A DNA stretch of 64,000 bases from Octopus sinensis. Its lineage: Eukaryota. A program made the position numbers and the translations under genes. The notes under the pieces were generated by a model. It did not search any database, was not told the DNA's origin, and saw only the letters and a program-made list of their open reading frames with translations. The stretch's first letter is position 1. Each line of letters opens with the position of its first letter. This document shows, in pieces, positions 12,341-25,618 of the stretch. The stretch covers positions 19,220,001 to 19,284,000 of the forward strand of contig NC_043021.1 of NCBI RefSeq assembly GCF_006345805.1, given 5' to 3'.

Positions 12341-13503
12341 TAATAACATAAGTACCAGTACTTAATAAGATAAGTACCAGTTGAACTTTTTCTTTCTTTG
12401 CGCCCTTTTAAAGGTTAGCCAGGCTCATGGGCCCAGTTTCCTGGTTTCAATGGCGCATGTGTTCCCCAGCTAGACGTGACGCCAGTCCATCACAGCGTTA
12501 CTCATTTTTGTCAGCTGAATGGACTGGAACAACGTGAAATGAAGTGTTTTGCTCAAGAACACAACGCGTCGCCTGGGCCAGGAATTGTAACCATAATCTT
12601 ACGATCATGATGCTGACACCCTAACCACTAGGCCATGTGCCTCCACTTGTGCCCTTTTAAAGCCTAGCCAGGCTCACGGGCCCAGTTTCCATGGTGTATG
12701 TGTTCCCAGCTGGGTGGGACACCAGTCCATCGCAGCGTTACTCACTTTTGCCAGCTGAGTGGACTGGAGCAACGTGAAATGAAGTGTTTTGCTCAAGAAC
12801 ACAATGCGTCGCCCGGTCCAGGAATCGAAACCACAATCTTACGATCACGATGCTGACACCCTAACCACTAAGCCATGCACCTCCACACTAGTTGAGCACT
12901 GGGGTCAATATAATTGACAACCCCCTCCCCAAAATTTCAGACCTCTCTCTCTGGCCAGGTAACCACGTACCTCTTCTATAGCAAGACACCTGTTTCTGCC
13001 TCTCTGTCTCTGTCACACTCCAATCTTTCATCACCCAACACAAGATCATCTCTTCCATTGTCCCCTCCCCTCTCAAAATTCCTTGCCTTGCAAGTTACTT
13101 GGTGACGCCACCTGTGCTGGTGCCACATACAAGGCACCCAGTCCACACTGTGAAGTGGCTGGCATTTTGAAGGGCATCCATCTGTAAAAACCATGCCAGA
13201 ACTGACCTCGCCTGTGCTGGTGCCACATAAAAAGCACTGAATCCATTCTACAGATTGGTTGCTGTTAAGAAGGGTATCCATCCATAAAAACAAGGCCAGG
13301 ACAGATAGTAGCCTGGTGCAGTCCTGGCCGGCTCCTATCAACCCATGCCAGCATGGAAGGCAGACGTTAAACAATGATGATGATGATGTGTCTATAGTAG
13401 AAAGGAAAAAAAAAATTATAGCAACGACAAGGTAACAAGATGGCAGAATCATTAGCACAGCAGACAAAATCCCTTTAGTAGAATGAATCATTATGTCTCC
13501 AAA

Positions 13504-13894
13504 TCTTCTTTATATATAAAAGAGAGGTTGTGTGCTGTCTGTCTCCTACGATTTAGGTTCATAACTACTCCCACATTTTGCGGTGCAGTTTAACCAAAAC
13601 CGGGTATCTTATAGTCGTGATTCATATCAAGCCCTTCTGGGTATTAGCGCGCGTCTACGATGAGTCTACGATTTAAAAAAAAATTTACCATCAATTTTTA
13701 ATGCATTTTTGGCATATATAAGGGAAGTAACTCTCTAAAAATTTATTATTAAATCTCAGAACGTAAAAAGCTACAGTAACACCCCCCCCTTTGTGGTTAG
13801 CCATATTGAGATGGCTATTATACTATACATCTCTAAAAATGCTTATATAGTTATTTCCCTTACAAACCCGAGCAACACCGGGCGATACTGCTAG
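13504..13894 (+). mobile_element. Non-autonomous Helitron
   Basis: A|TC 5' start, subterminal hairpin cccg...ccggg, CTAG|T 3' end, no TSD. Confidence 0.8.
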
Positions 13895-14415
13895 TTCTTA
13901 CTAAAAGTTTTAAGTGTCCATGTAGGCATGTGCACACACAATCATGAAAACAACCAGATGCAATAGGTGGAAGAAGACAAGGTTGTACCAGCACTGGGTT
14001 GGTCCTGCTATATAGGGTCACAAAAAGGATGAAAGTTGACTTCTTCAGCGGGATTTGAATTCAGAGAACCAGGAACTGGAACCAATATGTTAATATTCAG
14101 CAGAAGCACCAGTGTCTCAGGGATCCCAGAGCTTCGTGTGTTAAGGGCCAACGCACGAAACTCTCAGACCTTGAGTCACTGTTGCTTCTGTTAGATATTA
14201 ATAAAAATATACATATATTCACATTTTGGATTCTATTTTTCTTGTTTGCAGGAGTGGCTGTGTGGTAAGTAGCTTGTTTACCAACCACATGGTTCTGGGT
14301 TCAGTCCCACTGCGTGGCATCTTGGGCAAGTGTCTTCTACTATAGCCTCGGGCCGACCAATGCCTTGTGAGTGGATTTGGTAGACGGAAACTGAAAGAAG
14401 CCTGTCGTATATATG

Positions 14416-14448
<33 letters not shown>

Positions 14449-15899
14449 TTGTGTGTCTGTGTTTGTCCCCCTAGCATTGCTTGACAACTGATGCTGGTGT
14501 GTTTACGTCCCCGTAACTTAGCGGTTCGGCAAAAGATCCGATAGAATAAGTACTGGGCTTACAAAGAATAAGGCCCGGGGTCGATTTGTTCGACTAAAGG
14601 CGGTGCTCCAGCATGGCCGCAGTCAAATGACTGAAACAAGTAAAAGAGAGTAAAGAATATACCTATATGTGTGTGTGTGTGTCAACACCACTGTCAGACC
14701 ACCGGTGTTGGTTTGTTTACGTGGCCCCTAATCTTGCGATTCTGCACGAGGCTGATAGAAAAGTACCAGCCTTGCTGTAAGCATTGAGGTCGGTTCGTTT
14801 TACTAAACGCCTTCGAGGCAGTGTGCCCTTGTACGGCCATTGGCTCGGGAGCAAGGGATATGGAGGTGCAAGCGCGCCCCTAAAACTTGAGGGTGGAGGA
14901 GGAATAATAAAAATCGCTTTGAACGTCCTGAATAACTAGGTTCGCACCCGCTAAGCAAATTTTGTTCCTGGCTACAGTCCAATGACTGAAATAATAAAAA
15001 ACGAATGTGCTATAGCTGTTTAACCCCAAGTCGATTCTGACTGAACAGGTATACTCTTTACTCTTTGACTGCGGCCATGCTGGAGCACCGCCTTTTAGTC
15101 GAGCAAATCGACCCCCGGGACTTATTCTTTGTAAGCCCAGTACTTATTCTATCGGTGTCTTTTTGCCGAGCCGCTAAGTTACGGGGACGTAAACACACCA
15201 GCATCGGTTGTCAAGCAATGCTAAGGGGACAAACACAGACACACACATACATATATACGACAGGCTTCTTTCAGTTTCCGTCTACCAAATCCACTCACAA
15301 GGCATTGGTCGGCCCGGGGCTATAGCAGAAGACACTTGCCCAAGATGCCACGCAGTGGGACTGAACCCGGAACCATGTGGCTGGTTAGCAAGCTACTTAC
15401 CACACAGCCACTCCTGCGCCTATGGTATGTGACCAAAAGCAGTTCATTTCGTCTTTCCTTCGCATCATGCGCGCGTCCGTATTTTTTGTCATACACAGAC
15501 CTACTACATAAAACAATATGTCCTTTCCTTAAGACGGCCGAGGTGTTTTGAGGGAAATTTGGCTACTGTTTCAGACAGTTCAAGCCGTCAAAGTTAGTTG
15601 TTTCGGAATAGATTAACCTTAATCGAGCAGACTTTTTTAAGGAAATGAGTCCCAACCGTGACCGTCTTGTCCATTAGGAAAACGACATTAACTTATACGT
15701 GTTTGCCTACCCAAGAAACTAGGACGTGGTTTTGTGAGAGATTTGGCAGCTACTTCTAACAAGTCAAGCAACTTCGTATCGGATCCCTCAGAAGCGATCT
15801 ACCAAAATAGAATAGTTTTTTTTTTTAAAAAAAGCCAAACGGATTTTCCCAAACAAATCAATCTTTAAGAGAAAGAAATCGAAAGTTTGGATTTATAGT

Positions 15900-16860
15900 G
15901 TAACTAAGCGACCCAATCTCGCCTCCTCTCTCTGTAACTGTTCCTTTCATTTTCCCCTCTGTGACTGTAACCATCACTCAGTCTCTCTCTCCCTCTGTCA
16001 CTCTCTCTATCTCTTTTACTCTCTAATTGTTCCCCTCACTCTCGCTTTGTGTGTACCCTTCTCTCTCTTTCCCTGTAAACATTCTTCTTTTCTCTCTTTG
16101 TAACTGTACCCATCACTCTCTCTCTCTCTTTCTGTAAATGTACTATCACTCTCTTTCTCCTTAAGTGTCCTTCTTTTTCTTCTTCTTCTCTCCCTCACTC
16201 TTTGTAACTGTACACATCATTGTCTTTCTGTCTGTCTGTCACTGTCTCTCTCTCTCTCTCTTTGTAATTGCTTTTCTCACTCACTTTCTCTATAAGTGTC
16301 TCTCCCTCTCACTCTCTGTCTGTCTGTAACAGTTACTCTCACTTCCTATTCTCCCTCCCGCCGTTTCCCCTTCTCTCTCTCTTTTCCTCCTCCCCCTCTT
16401 CCTTCCTATTCTCTTTTTTCTCTTCCTCCCTCTTTCTCCCCTCCCTCTCTTTCCATCTTCCTTCCCATTCTCTTTTTCTCCTCCTCCCTCTTTCTCCCCA
16501 TCTCTCTCTCTTTCCATCTTCCTTCCCATTCTCTTTTTTCTCCTCCTCCCTCTCTTCCATCTTCCTTCCCATTCTCTTTTTTCTCCTCCTCCTTTCTCCC
16601 CTCTCTCTCTTTTCCTCCTCCCCCTCTTCCTTCCCATTCTCTTTTTTCTCCTCCTCCCTCTTTCTCCCCCTCTCTCTCTCTTTCCATCTTCCTTTCCATT
16701 CTCTTTTTTCTCCTCCTCCTTTCTCCCCTCTCTCTCTCTTTCCACCTTCCTTCCCATTCTCTTTTTTCTCCTCTTCCCCCCTTTCTCCCTTTCCATCTTC
16801 CTTCCCATTCTCTCTCTTTTCTCTCTCCCTTCCCCTCCCGCTCACCCCTCCTCTCTCTCC
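15900..16860 (+). repeat. Polypyrimidine tract/minisatellite (ttccttcccattctcttttttctcctcctccctct-type units from about 16350)
   Basis: About 500 bp of almost pure C/T with recurring units, preceded by CT-rich sequence. Confidence 0.9.
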
Positions 16861-16879
16861 TAACAGTAATGCAATTACC

Positions 16880-17229
16880 TAAGCGATCCTGCGGTCGTGA
16901 CGTCACAAATCAGTCCCGAACTCTCTTCGCTTTCCCCCAAACCACGGAGGAGAGAAATTGTCTTGACAAAGTCTCCCCCTTTTTTTAGTTCCCCCCAATT
17001 TTTCCAATCCATTTCACACAGAAAGGGGGGGGTCTAGGGATTACACACACACAAACACTTCGTATATATAATAATCCATTCGAGGTTTCCTCCTCTCTCT
17101 CTCTCTCTTTTGTTTTATTACTTTATTTTGGGTTTTTTTTTGGTAAATTTATTTTTATTTTGTGTTGTTTGAAGCAGGAATACAACAACAACAACAGCAA
17201 CAGCAACAACAATTAGAAAGTCTTGTAAG
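16880..17229 (+). promoter_or_regulatory. Candidate promoter (palindromic CRE) and non-coding 5' exon
   Basis: GTGACGTCAC at 16897-16906; strong donor AAG|GTAAGT at 17229/17230; possible acceptor at 17177; CAA/CAG tract; followed by about 4 kb of largely SINE-poor sequence that looks CpG-rich by eye. Confidence 0.5.
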
Positions 17230-17309
17230 GTAAGTGAAGGAATTGGTTTGTTCTCTTATTTGGCATGCGTGCTAATGTTTATACCATCTTGAACAACATA
17301 ACAGCCTAC

Positions 17310-17571
17310 ACCCCCACCTCTTGTATATATATGTATATATATATAATATATATATAATATATAAATATTACACGTACACATTATATTTATAATATACACA
17401 GACATATTTACATATACACATCTATATCTATGATCAGTTTGTCACTTGTTTTGATGATATATATACATATATATACAGACATGTATATATATATATATAT
17501 AGACATATGTACATGTGTATATATATATATAGACATATGTACATGTGTATATATATATATAGAGACATATG

Positions 17572-17608
<37 letters not shown>

Positions 17609-17640
17609 CATATGTACATGTATATATATATAGACATATG

Positions 17641-17679
<39 letters not shown>

Positions 17680-17746
17680 CATATGTACATGTATATATAT
17701 ATATAGACATATGTACATGTATATATATATATGTAATATAGACATG

Positions 17747-17822
<76 letters not shown>

Positions 17823-17851
17823 TCTATATCTATCTATGGTCAGTTTGTCAC
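17310..17851. repeat. Compound TA microsatellite with recurring agacatatgtacatgt unit, bracketed by about 30-bp direct repeats
   Basis: catctatatctat..tcagtttgtcact at about 17419 and about 17821. Confidence 0.85.
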
Positions 17852-20800
17852 TAGACTTTTGATGACCCCCTTTCAATAAATAGCCAAAGCTGATGTAATT
17901 TTGCTCGTTTTGCTATAATGTAAGGGCAATTATTAATATATTTGGATTTCGCTTCTTTACTATTATCATTATTATTTGTTATTTTACTGTTTACACGCTT
18001 TTCTGTACCCTTGCCACATTGCACAGAATCGTCCTGAACCGACCTCGAGCTGGGGTTTTGTTTTTGTTTTTGGTAAACCCTTTCTGTTCTTCATAAAACC
18101 ATTATTTTTTGGGTTGCTAAGTACTGACTTTCTCAGTTTTTTTTATTTCCGTCGATGTCGACTTTGGTTTTTATTTCTTTTTTTGTTTGTTTAATCATTC
18201 TTTCCCTAATTTAAATCGACCAAAAAAGCATGAACCAGCATGTCAAACGTCCCTTACGATTTTTTGACAGCTTGTAAAATCAGAAATCAATTAGTGTTGG
18301 AACCCTCCCTTATTCAAATGTCGCCGATGTCTACTTTTTTCCTTCTTTGATCCTTCAAGCAATCTGTGATATAATCTGTGATATAACCCCAAATACCAGT
18401 CAACCTGCCTGGATATCGATTTAATGAGGTGAAAGCCCCTTTCTCCCAGCGCTAAATTGTACTTGTTAATTAATAATCATTTATTTTAATTATACTTAAA
18501 TATCATTAGTGAAATTCCTCGGAGATCGACTTTGCCTCTAAATTCTTCCGAGGTCGGAGAAAAAAAGAAAAATAAACTCGGAATAAAACAACCACGAAGT
18601 CCTGGAGACTGTCGTAATTCTACCAAACTGTCCCGTTTCCTCGTAGTCTTGGATTTTTACAATATCCTCCAAATCCGTGGTGGCGGTGTTCAAATCCTTC
18701 TTGAAGATTCACTTTTATTGTTCAACATCCTTTTCGGAGCTGGATTAACATGAAGAACCAACCAAGCACTGTTCTTGTTTAGAGCTGGGGCATTATTTCC
18801 ATCCTTTTTATCTTCTCCTCGCCGGAACCTTTGATGCCTTCCTTGTGTGTGTAATCATCATTATTCGTGTTATGTCTGTTATTAAAATTAATCGGCGACA
18901 TTTCTTCCGGTTTTACCGTTCCTGAGTTCATTTTCCGTCGTGGTCCACTTTGCCTTCCATTCTTTCGGTCGGGATCGGATCGATAAAGTAAAATACAAGT
19001 TGAGCCCTGAGGGTCGACGTAATCGACTAGTCCCCTCTCCGCAAAATATCAGGTTTTGTTCCTTTAGTTTAAAATAATTATTATTATTAATATTTCCCTC
19101 GTTTCGCCTCAAGTTCTAAGCTTGATGTTCAATTTTTTTTTTGACAAAGTATGGATGCCCAAAAGAATCGCTTTTTGTTGTTAATTGTTCCTAGAATTGG
19201 AAACTCTGTGAAGTTTATTAGAATTAATTCGTCTTCGTGGATTAGTTTCTTTCTTCGCTAATTAAATTAGAATTAAGGTATTAGAAATAATAAGATGTTT
19301 ACGGAAATTACTGATTTTCATTTTCGCTTTGGTGGTAGCATCTTCGAAGGAATGCCTAGATTAAATTATTTCCGTTTTTCCAAAGAAACATTAATTTGTA
19401 ATGTTAGTTTTAATTACGTCTACCCTGACCGCCTCCACGTTTGACATTTTTTCTTTTATTTTCCTTTCCTCAGCAAAAAAAAAAAACGAAAAATTTTTCA
19501 CTATATTTTAGTTCTGTTCTTTTAAATTTCGAGTTGAAATTTCGGTTCGAGTCGATTTAACCGCTTTCAAATGACCCAACACATCAAAAATAAACATTAG
19601 CAATTAATTTACGCGGTGTGGAATCCGTTCCTTTTGTAAGAAACAAAATGTGAGACCCACCCCACCAACTTTGTTTCCTTATAGCTTTCAGAAAAATGGA
19701 TGTTTCTTACGAAAACTTTCTACAAATAGCTTTCAGATGGGGGTACATTCCGGTTATATTGGAATTTAATGTAAAGAATGTTTTTCGGAGGTGGGTGGGT
19801 GGGTGATGAGAGGGAGGAGTTTCGGATAATTTACACGAATCGACTTTGTTTCCTCATAACTTTGAGAGAAAAATTGGTGTTTTTTAATAAAGTTTTTTCT
19901 ACAAATACTTTTCAGATAGTAGATTACAATTTTATCGGAATTGGTTGTGAAAAAAATTTTTTTCGGAATTAGGAGAGAGAGGGTGGGGTGGGGGGAGTTT
20001 CGGATAATTCACCGGAGGAGTTGACTTTGTTACCTCATAGCTTTTTGAAGAATTTGTATTTTTTTTTTAATGAACTGTTCTACAGATATCTTTGCGATGG
20101 CGTAGATTCCTAATATATCGGAATTTAATGTTAGAAAAAAAAAAAAAAAAGAAAAATGAAATAATTGGTGGGTGCGAACACATATCTACTGACACACATC
20201 ATTTCAAACCGTTATACTTTTCTCTCCTCCGAATTAGCTTTTTTTTCCTCGACGACAAGGTAATAATTATTTTGGCGATCTTTCGTCTCTAGTAGACCTT
20301 TCCGTCGATTTCCGTAAAAAATTTTTTTTTTTTTTACATATGGGCTTGCGGGAACTTTTGAAGTAATATACATACATATACACATACACCGAGTAAGAAA
20401 ATATCAGTTATCTCTCTCTTTCACACATTACTCTGTCTCTTCACACACACTAACAGAAGCACTTCACTTACACAACATACTGTCTGTCTCCCACACCCCA
20501 TCAAACACATACATGTCCATCAATGCTCCCATGCACGGTAACTTCAAAAGAACTTCCCTCGTCATACAATCGCTTTCTCTTAGTCTCTTTCGCTCTCATT
20601 ACTTCAAAAGTTCCCGCAAGCCCATATGTAAAAAAAAAAAAAATTTTTTTTACGGAAATCGACGGAAAGGTCTACTAGAGACGAAAGATTGCCATTATTT
20701 TTGCGCTCGTTTGTGAAAGAAATACGTGTCAGTTCCCCAGAATGTGGGTTTATGGCCCGGTTTGTTTTGAGTTACAAAAATGATAAATAAATAAATATAT

Positions 20801-21389
20801 AAATGAATAAAAAAAAGCCCATTGACTTCGCTATTTATAGCATTTAAGTTTTCATATCGCTGCTGTTCTCAGTATTACCACATGACTGGCATATGGTGAA
20901 AATGTGTTGTTGGAAAACAATGTAGAGCGAAAATATTATTAATGGGAGGTGATTATGCTGTCAAATTAGTTTTGTCTGTGTGTATACATGCATATAATAT
21001 ACTTATATATATTTGTGGGTGCACTATATTTCGGATCTGACACATGTTTCATATTAAAGCCAGGTTTTTTTCCCCCTTTTTTTATGTTGGTCTGTTTCGT
21101 TTAGTATCTAATCAGGTTGTTTATAGACCAGCGACGATTTCTCTTATTAACCGATGAGGTTTGAGAAAAAAAAAGAGGGGACGATACGGGGGGACGGACA
21201 AAACAAACTTAGGGGTCCAGGGTATCGAATGAGACGAAACGTATGAATAAACAAACAATTGAAATATATACAATTAAATGAGAATGAGTGATTTACAAAA
21301 AAAAAATGAAGCGGTGACGGGCAAACTGTGCCCGCCCCCGCGGGACTTTCTTAATGGTACACCAATGAAAAATGACCTTAATTCTCTTC

Positions 21390-21423
<34 letters not shown>

Positions 21424-21633
21424 TCTTTGACTTGTTTCTGTCATTTGACTGCGGCCATGCTGGAGCACCGCCTTTAATCGAGCAACTCGACCCCCGGGAC
21501 TTATTCTTTCGTAAGCCCAGTACTTATTCTATCGGTGTCTTTTGCCGAACCGCTAAGTAACGGGGACATAAACACACCAGCATCGGTTGTCAAGCAATGC
21601 TCGGGGGATAAACACAGACACACAAACACACAC

Positions 21634-21686
<53 letters not shown>

Positions 21687-22286
21687 TATATACGACGGGT
21701 TTCTTTCAGTTTCCGTCTACCAAATCCACTCACAAGGCATTGGTCAGCCCGAGGCTATAGTAGAAGACAAGATGCCATGCAGTGGGACTGAACCCGGAAC
21801 CATGTGGTTGAGTAGCAAGCTACTTACCACACAGCCACTCCTATATATATATATTTTTTTTAGTGGTGCTTCCCAACCTCATATGGACAAGGGCAGCCGT
21901 TTTGAGGAGAGGGGAAGCCGATTACATCGATCCTTGTGCATATGTTATCGACCCCAACGACATTTGAACTCAGAACATTAAGAACGAAGAAATGCAGTCT
22001 GATAATTTTTGTTCGACGTGCTAACGATTCCGCTAAGTTCGCCGCCTTAATAATAATAATAATCTTTTCTACTAAAGGCACAAGGCCTAAAATTTTGGGG
22101 GCGGGGGCCAGTCGATTAGATCGGCCTCAGTACGCAACTGGTACTTATTTTATGGACTCCGAAAGGATGAAAGGCAAAGTCAACCTCGGCGAATTTGAAC
22201 TCGGAACGTAGCGACGGACGAACGAAATACCATTATTTCGTCCAGTATTTTGTCCAATGTGCTAATGATTCTACCAGATCACTGCT

Positions 22287-22330
<44 letters not shown>

Positions 22331-22529
22331 CCTTTCTACTGGAAGCACAAGACCTAAAATTCGGGGGAAGGGATTAATTCGATTACATAAGGAGGCAAGG
22401 CAAAGCCGACCTCGGCGGAATTTGATCTCAGAATGTGAAGAGGGACGAAATGCCACTAAGCATTTTGCCTGGCGTGCTAATGATTCTGCCATCTCGCTGT
22501 TTTAATAATAATAATGATCATTTCGTTAA

Positions 22530-24645
22530 TGTAAACAAGGGTTTATATTAAGAAAAACATTGTGGATAGTACAACACAAAACAATGTGTGAGTGTATGTT
22601 GTTCTGAGGGTTTTGTCTGTAAACAAGACTAACCAAATTAAAAAAGAAAAATAATCAATGTGTAACCCTCAATAGGGTGGAGACGTTTGAGGGCTGCTTA
22701 TGGAAAAGCCCCATTAAAAATTATGGGTACCCTGACTTTTGGGGCAGGTGCCTTTTTTCCTTTCCTTTTTTCCAACTACAGATGTATGCTTAGGGCAGGC
22801 CCATTCATTTGCACCATTCTCACCATTTTCACCCACCTTTCAGCAAACTGGCTAGAAGACAACACTTCCCTCTCTAACCTTATTTCCCTTTCAAGTGAAA
22901 CTTGAAGAAGTCGATCAGGGATTAGCCAAAAAAAGAAGTGGTTGTCTTCAGCCCCTTCAATCTCGCCCACTATGCAAACTCTTTCGCCATGGCCACCAAG
23001 CATATAAAAACGGCATTTCCTTCCCAGTTGAAGGAAGGTGGCAGGGTGATCTTCACGATGGATTCAGTTGACAGCCGGATCTGTCCCACACGCAATGGCA
23101 GGTGTTTGACATAAACCCACAGGTCAGCAATGCTTGGACACTGGACGAGTGCATGCAGGACTGTCTTGTTCAGCATGCATCTTGGACGTGATCGAATGAC
23201 CACTACTAGGCTAGAGATTTTTGGAAATTATCCATCAGTCCCTGGCCGAAAGCTCTCTGGATAAGAGCTGCTAGCTGATCTTCTTCGATGCCCAAGTTCT
23301 CCCCAAGAACATCATCGCACTTTTCCTCCGCTAATACTCTATAAAAAGCTAAAGTGGACACTCCACCTATTGCAGTGTCCAATTGGCTGAGGGCTGTGAG
23401 CACCTGAAGACATTCCACTTTCCAAATGCTCCATTAAAGAATCTAGCTGCAGAAATACATGTTTGGCGAATGGTGACCGCACCTGTTCACCATCAAGGAA
23501 GCACTGGAGATGTCATAGCCTCAGTGCACGTCTACGCATCGTCAACCACGGCATGCCCAGGCCGCCACACAGCAGTTGTTGACAGCAGATAGACCGCCTG
23601 ACCATCAGGACGTGTTCCTTCCAGAAGGAGCAGAAGAGTATACACTCCAGTGTAATCAGATGGTCAGGACAAGGCACAGCAATCAAGTGATAGTAGATTA
23701 CGGACGCGAAATATGCGTTAACCACCACTGCCTGACCTTTCAGAGATAGCCTTCTCTTGGTCCATTTCTGGGTGAGAGTAGTCACCCTGCTCATTATCTC
23801 ATCTCGGGGTTTTGATCATCAGGAGGTCGGGACTGATTCAGACTCCGAGCAATTTAACTGGTCCGTCCATCCAGTGCCCAGTCACCCTGCTCATTATCTC
23901 ATCTCGGGGTTTTGATCATCAGGAGGTCGGGACTGATTCAGACTCCGAGCAATTTAACTGGTCCGTCCATCCAGTGCCCAGTCACCCTGCTCATTATCTC
24001 ATCTCGGGGTTTTGATCATCAGGAGGTCGGGACTGATTCAGACTCCGAGCAATTTAACTGGTCCGTCCATCCAGTGCCCAGTCACCTGCTCATTATCTCA
24101 TCTCGGGGTTTTGATCATCAGGAGGTCGGGACTGATTCAGACTCCGAGCAATTTAACTGGTCTGTCCATCCAGTGCCCAGTCACCCTGCTCATTATCTCA
24201 TCTCGGGGTTTTGATCATCAGGAGGTCGGGACTGATTCAGACTCCGAGCAATTTAACTGGTCCGTCCATCCAGTGCCCAGTCACCCTGCTCATTATCTCA
24301 TCTCGGGGTTTTGATCATCAGGAGGTCGGGACTGAATCAGACTCCAAGCAGTTTAACTGGTCTGTCCATCCAGTGCCCAATGACGCAGTTTGACGGCTTG
24401 GACTTGCTTCTCCATGTGCTGAGCTGCAAGCCCACTGATTTTTAGTGGTTAATTGTTGCTCCTGAAACCGGCTCGTAGTCCCTGAGAGCAGTGCTGATCA
24501 TTTCTGTGCGTTTATGATCCGACACCACTATGGTGATGTTGGCGGCATTTGCCGACACACATCTCCTACATCCTAGGTCATGCGATATGCCTCTCAACAT
24601 TTCCAGTTTGTGTAGTAGAGGCTTGAGAGCCAGTACATAGCGTCC
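22530..24645 (-). mobile_element. Degenerate L1/Tx1-clade LINE (RT C-half, CCHC region, 3' UTR)
   Basis: YVLALKPLL..VSANAAN (decayed YADD)..YEPVSGATIN; WTKRRLSLKGQAVVVN..GGLGMP; RC..TVLHALVQCP; stops and frameshifts. Confidence 0.85.
23781..24379. repeat. Six-copy 100-bp tandem array inside the Tx1 relic
   Basis: Units start 23781, 23881, 23981, 24081 (99 bp), 24180, 24280; near identical. Confidence 0.97.
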
Positions 24646-24890
24646 CCCAATCCATTGCCTTTCTGCCAATGCCTCCTTTTTCTCTAACCCCCACAGACAC
24701 CGGCACCCACATGGACCCTCTCAACGCACATGGAGGTGGTAACACCCACTTTGATAACCTATGAAATAGAAGGTAGTGATAGGGGTGGTGGAGGTGGGTT
24801 TTAAATCAGACAAATGTGTTATCATGTCAAACTTAAATACTGCCATGGTATCTGATACTGTAGCATTTTAATGAGAGGAAGATGTGTCTC

Positions 24891-25618
24891 TTAATCCTTT
24901 CGATATCAACTTGGCTGAAACCGGCTCTGGCTCTGTAGTACAAATGTCTCGTTTTCAAATGTTCTGAATTAAAATCTCCCACCAAACCTTAGTCACAATT
25001 TATGTTCCTAACACTAGCTTAATGATAACTAAGTTATTTTACTAAATTCTTTAAAATTATTTGAAAGAAACACAGAGCATCTCAACAGAAATATGGTAAC
25101 AAAAGGGTTAAAATATATAATAGAGAGACAATTCTTAACCCTTTCAATACCAACCCGGCTGAAACTGGCTCTGGTTCTGTAGTACAAATGTCTTGTTTTC
25201 AAAAGTTCTGAATTAAAATCTTCCACCAAACCTTAGTCACAATTTGTGTTCCTAACACTAGCTGAATGATAACTAAGTTATTTTACTAAATTCTTTGTTA
25301 TATTTAAAATTAATTAAAAGAAGCACAGAGCATCTCAACAGAAATATGGTAACAAAAGGGTTAAAATATATAATAGAGAAACAATTCTTAACCCTTTCGA
25401 TACCAATCTGGCTGAAACCGGCTCTGTAGTACAAATGTCTTGTTTCCATAAGTTTTGAATTAAAATCTTCCACCAAACCTTAGTCACAATTTATGTTCCT
25501 AACACTAGCTTAATGATAACGAAGTTATTTTACTAACTTCTTTATATTTAAAATTATTTAAAATTAATTAAAAGAAGCACTGAGCATCTCAACAGAAATA
25601 TGGTAACAAAAGGGTTAA
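24891..25618 (+). mobile_element. Three head-to-tail piggyBac-like MITEs separated by the same 23-bp spacer
   Basis: TTAA-bounded units 24891-25111, 25135-25364, 25388-25618; spacer aatatataatagaga(g/a)acaattc. Confidence 0.88.

Noticed and set aside
16268-16988. Long ORFs of 166-230 aa on both strands
   Set aside because: Translations of a polypyrimidine/polypurine repeat.
17178-17229. Poly-Q coding exon (IQQQQQQQQQQLESLV)
   Set aside because: No upstream ATG, and out of frame with the UBE2J2 ATG if spliced to 44088; treated as UTR.
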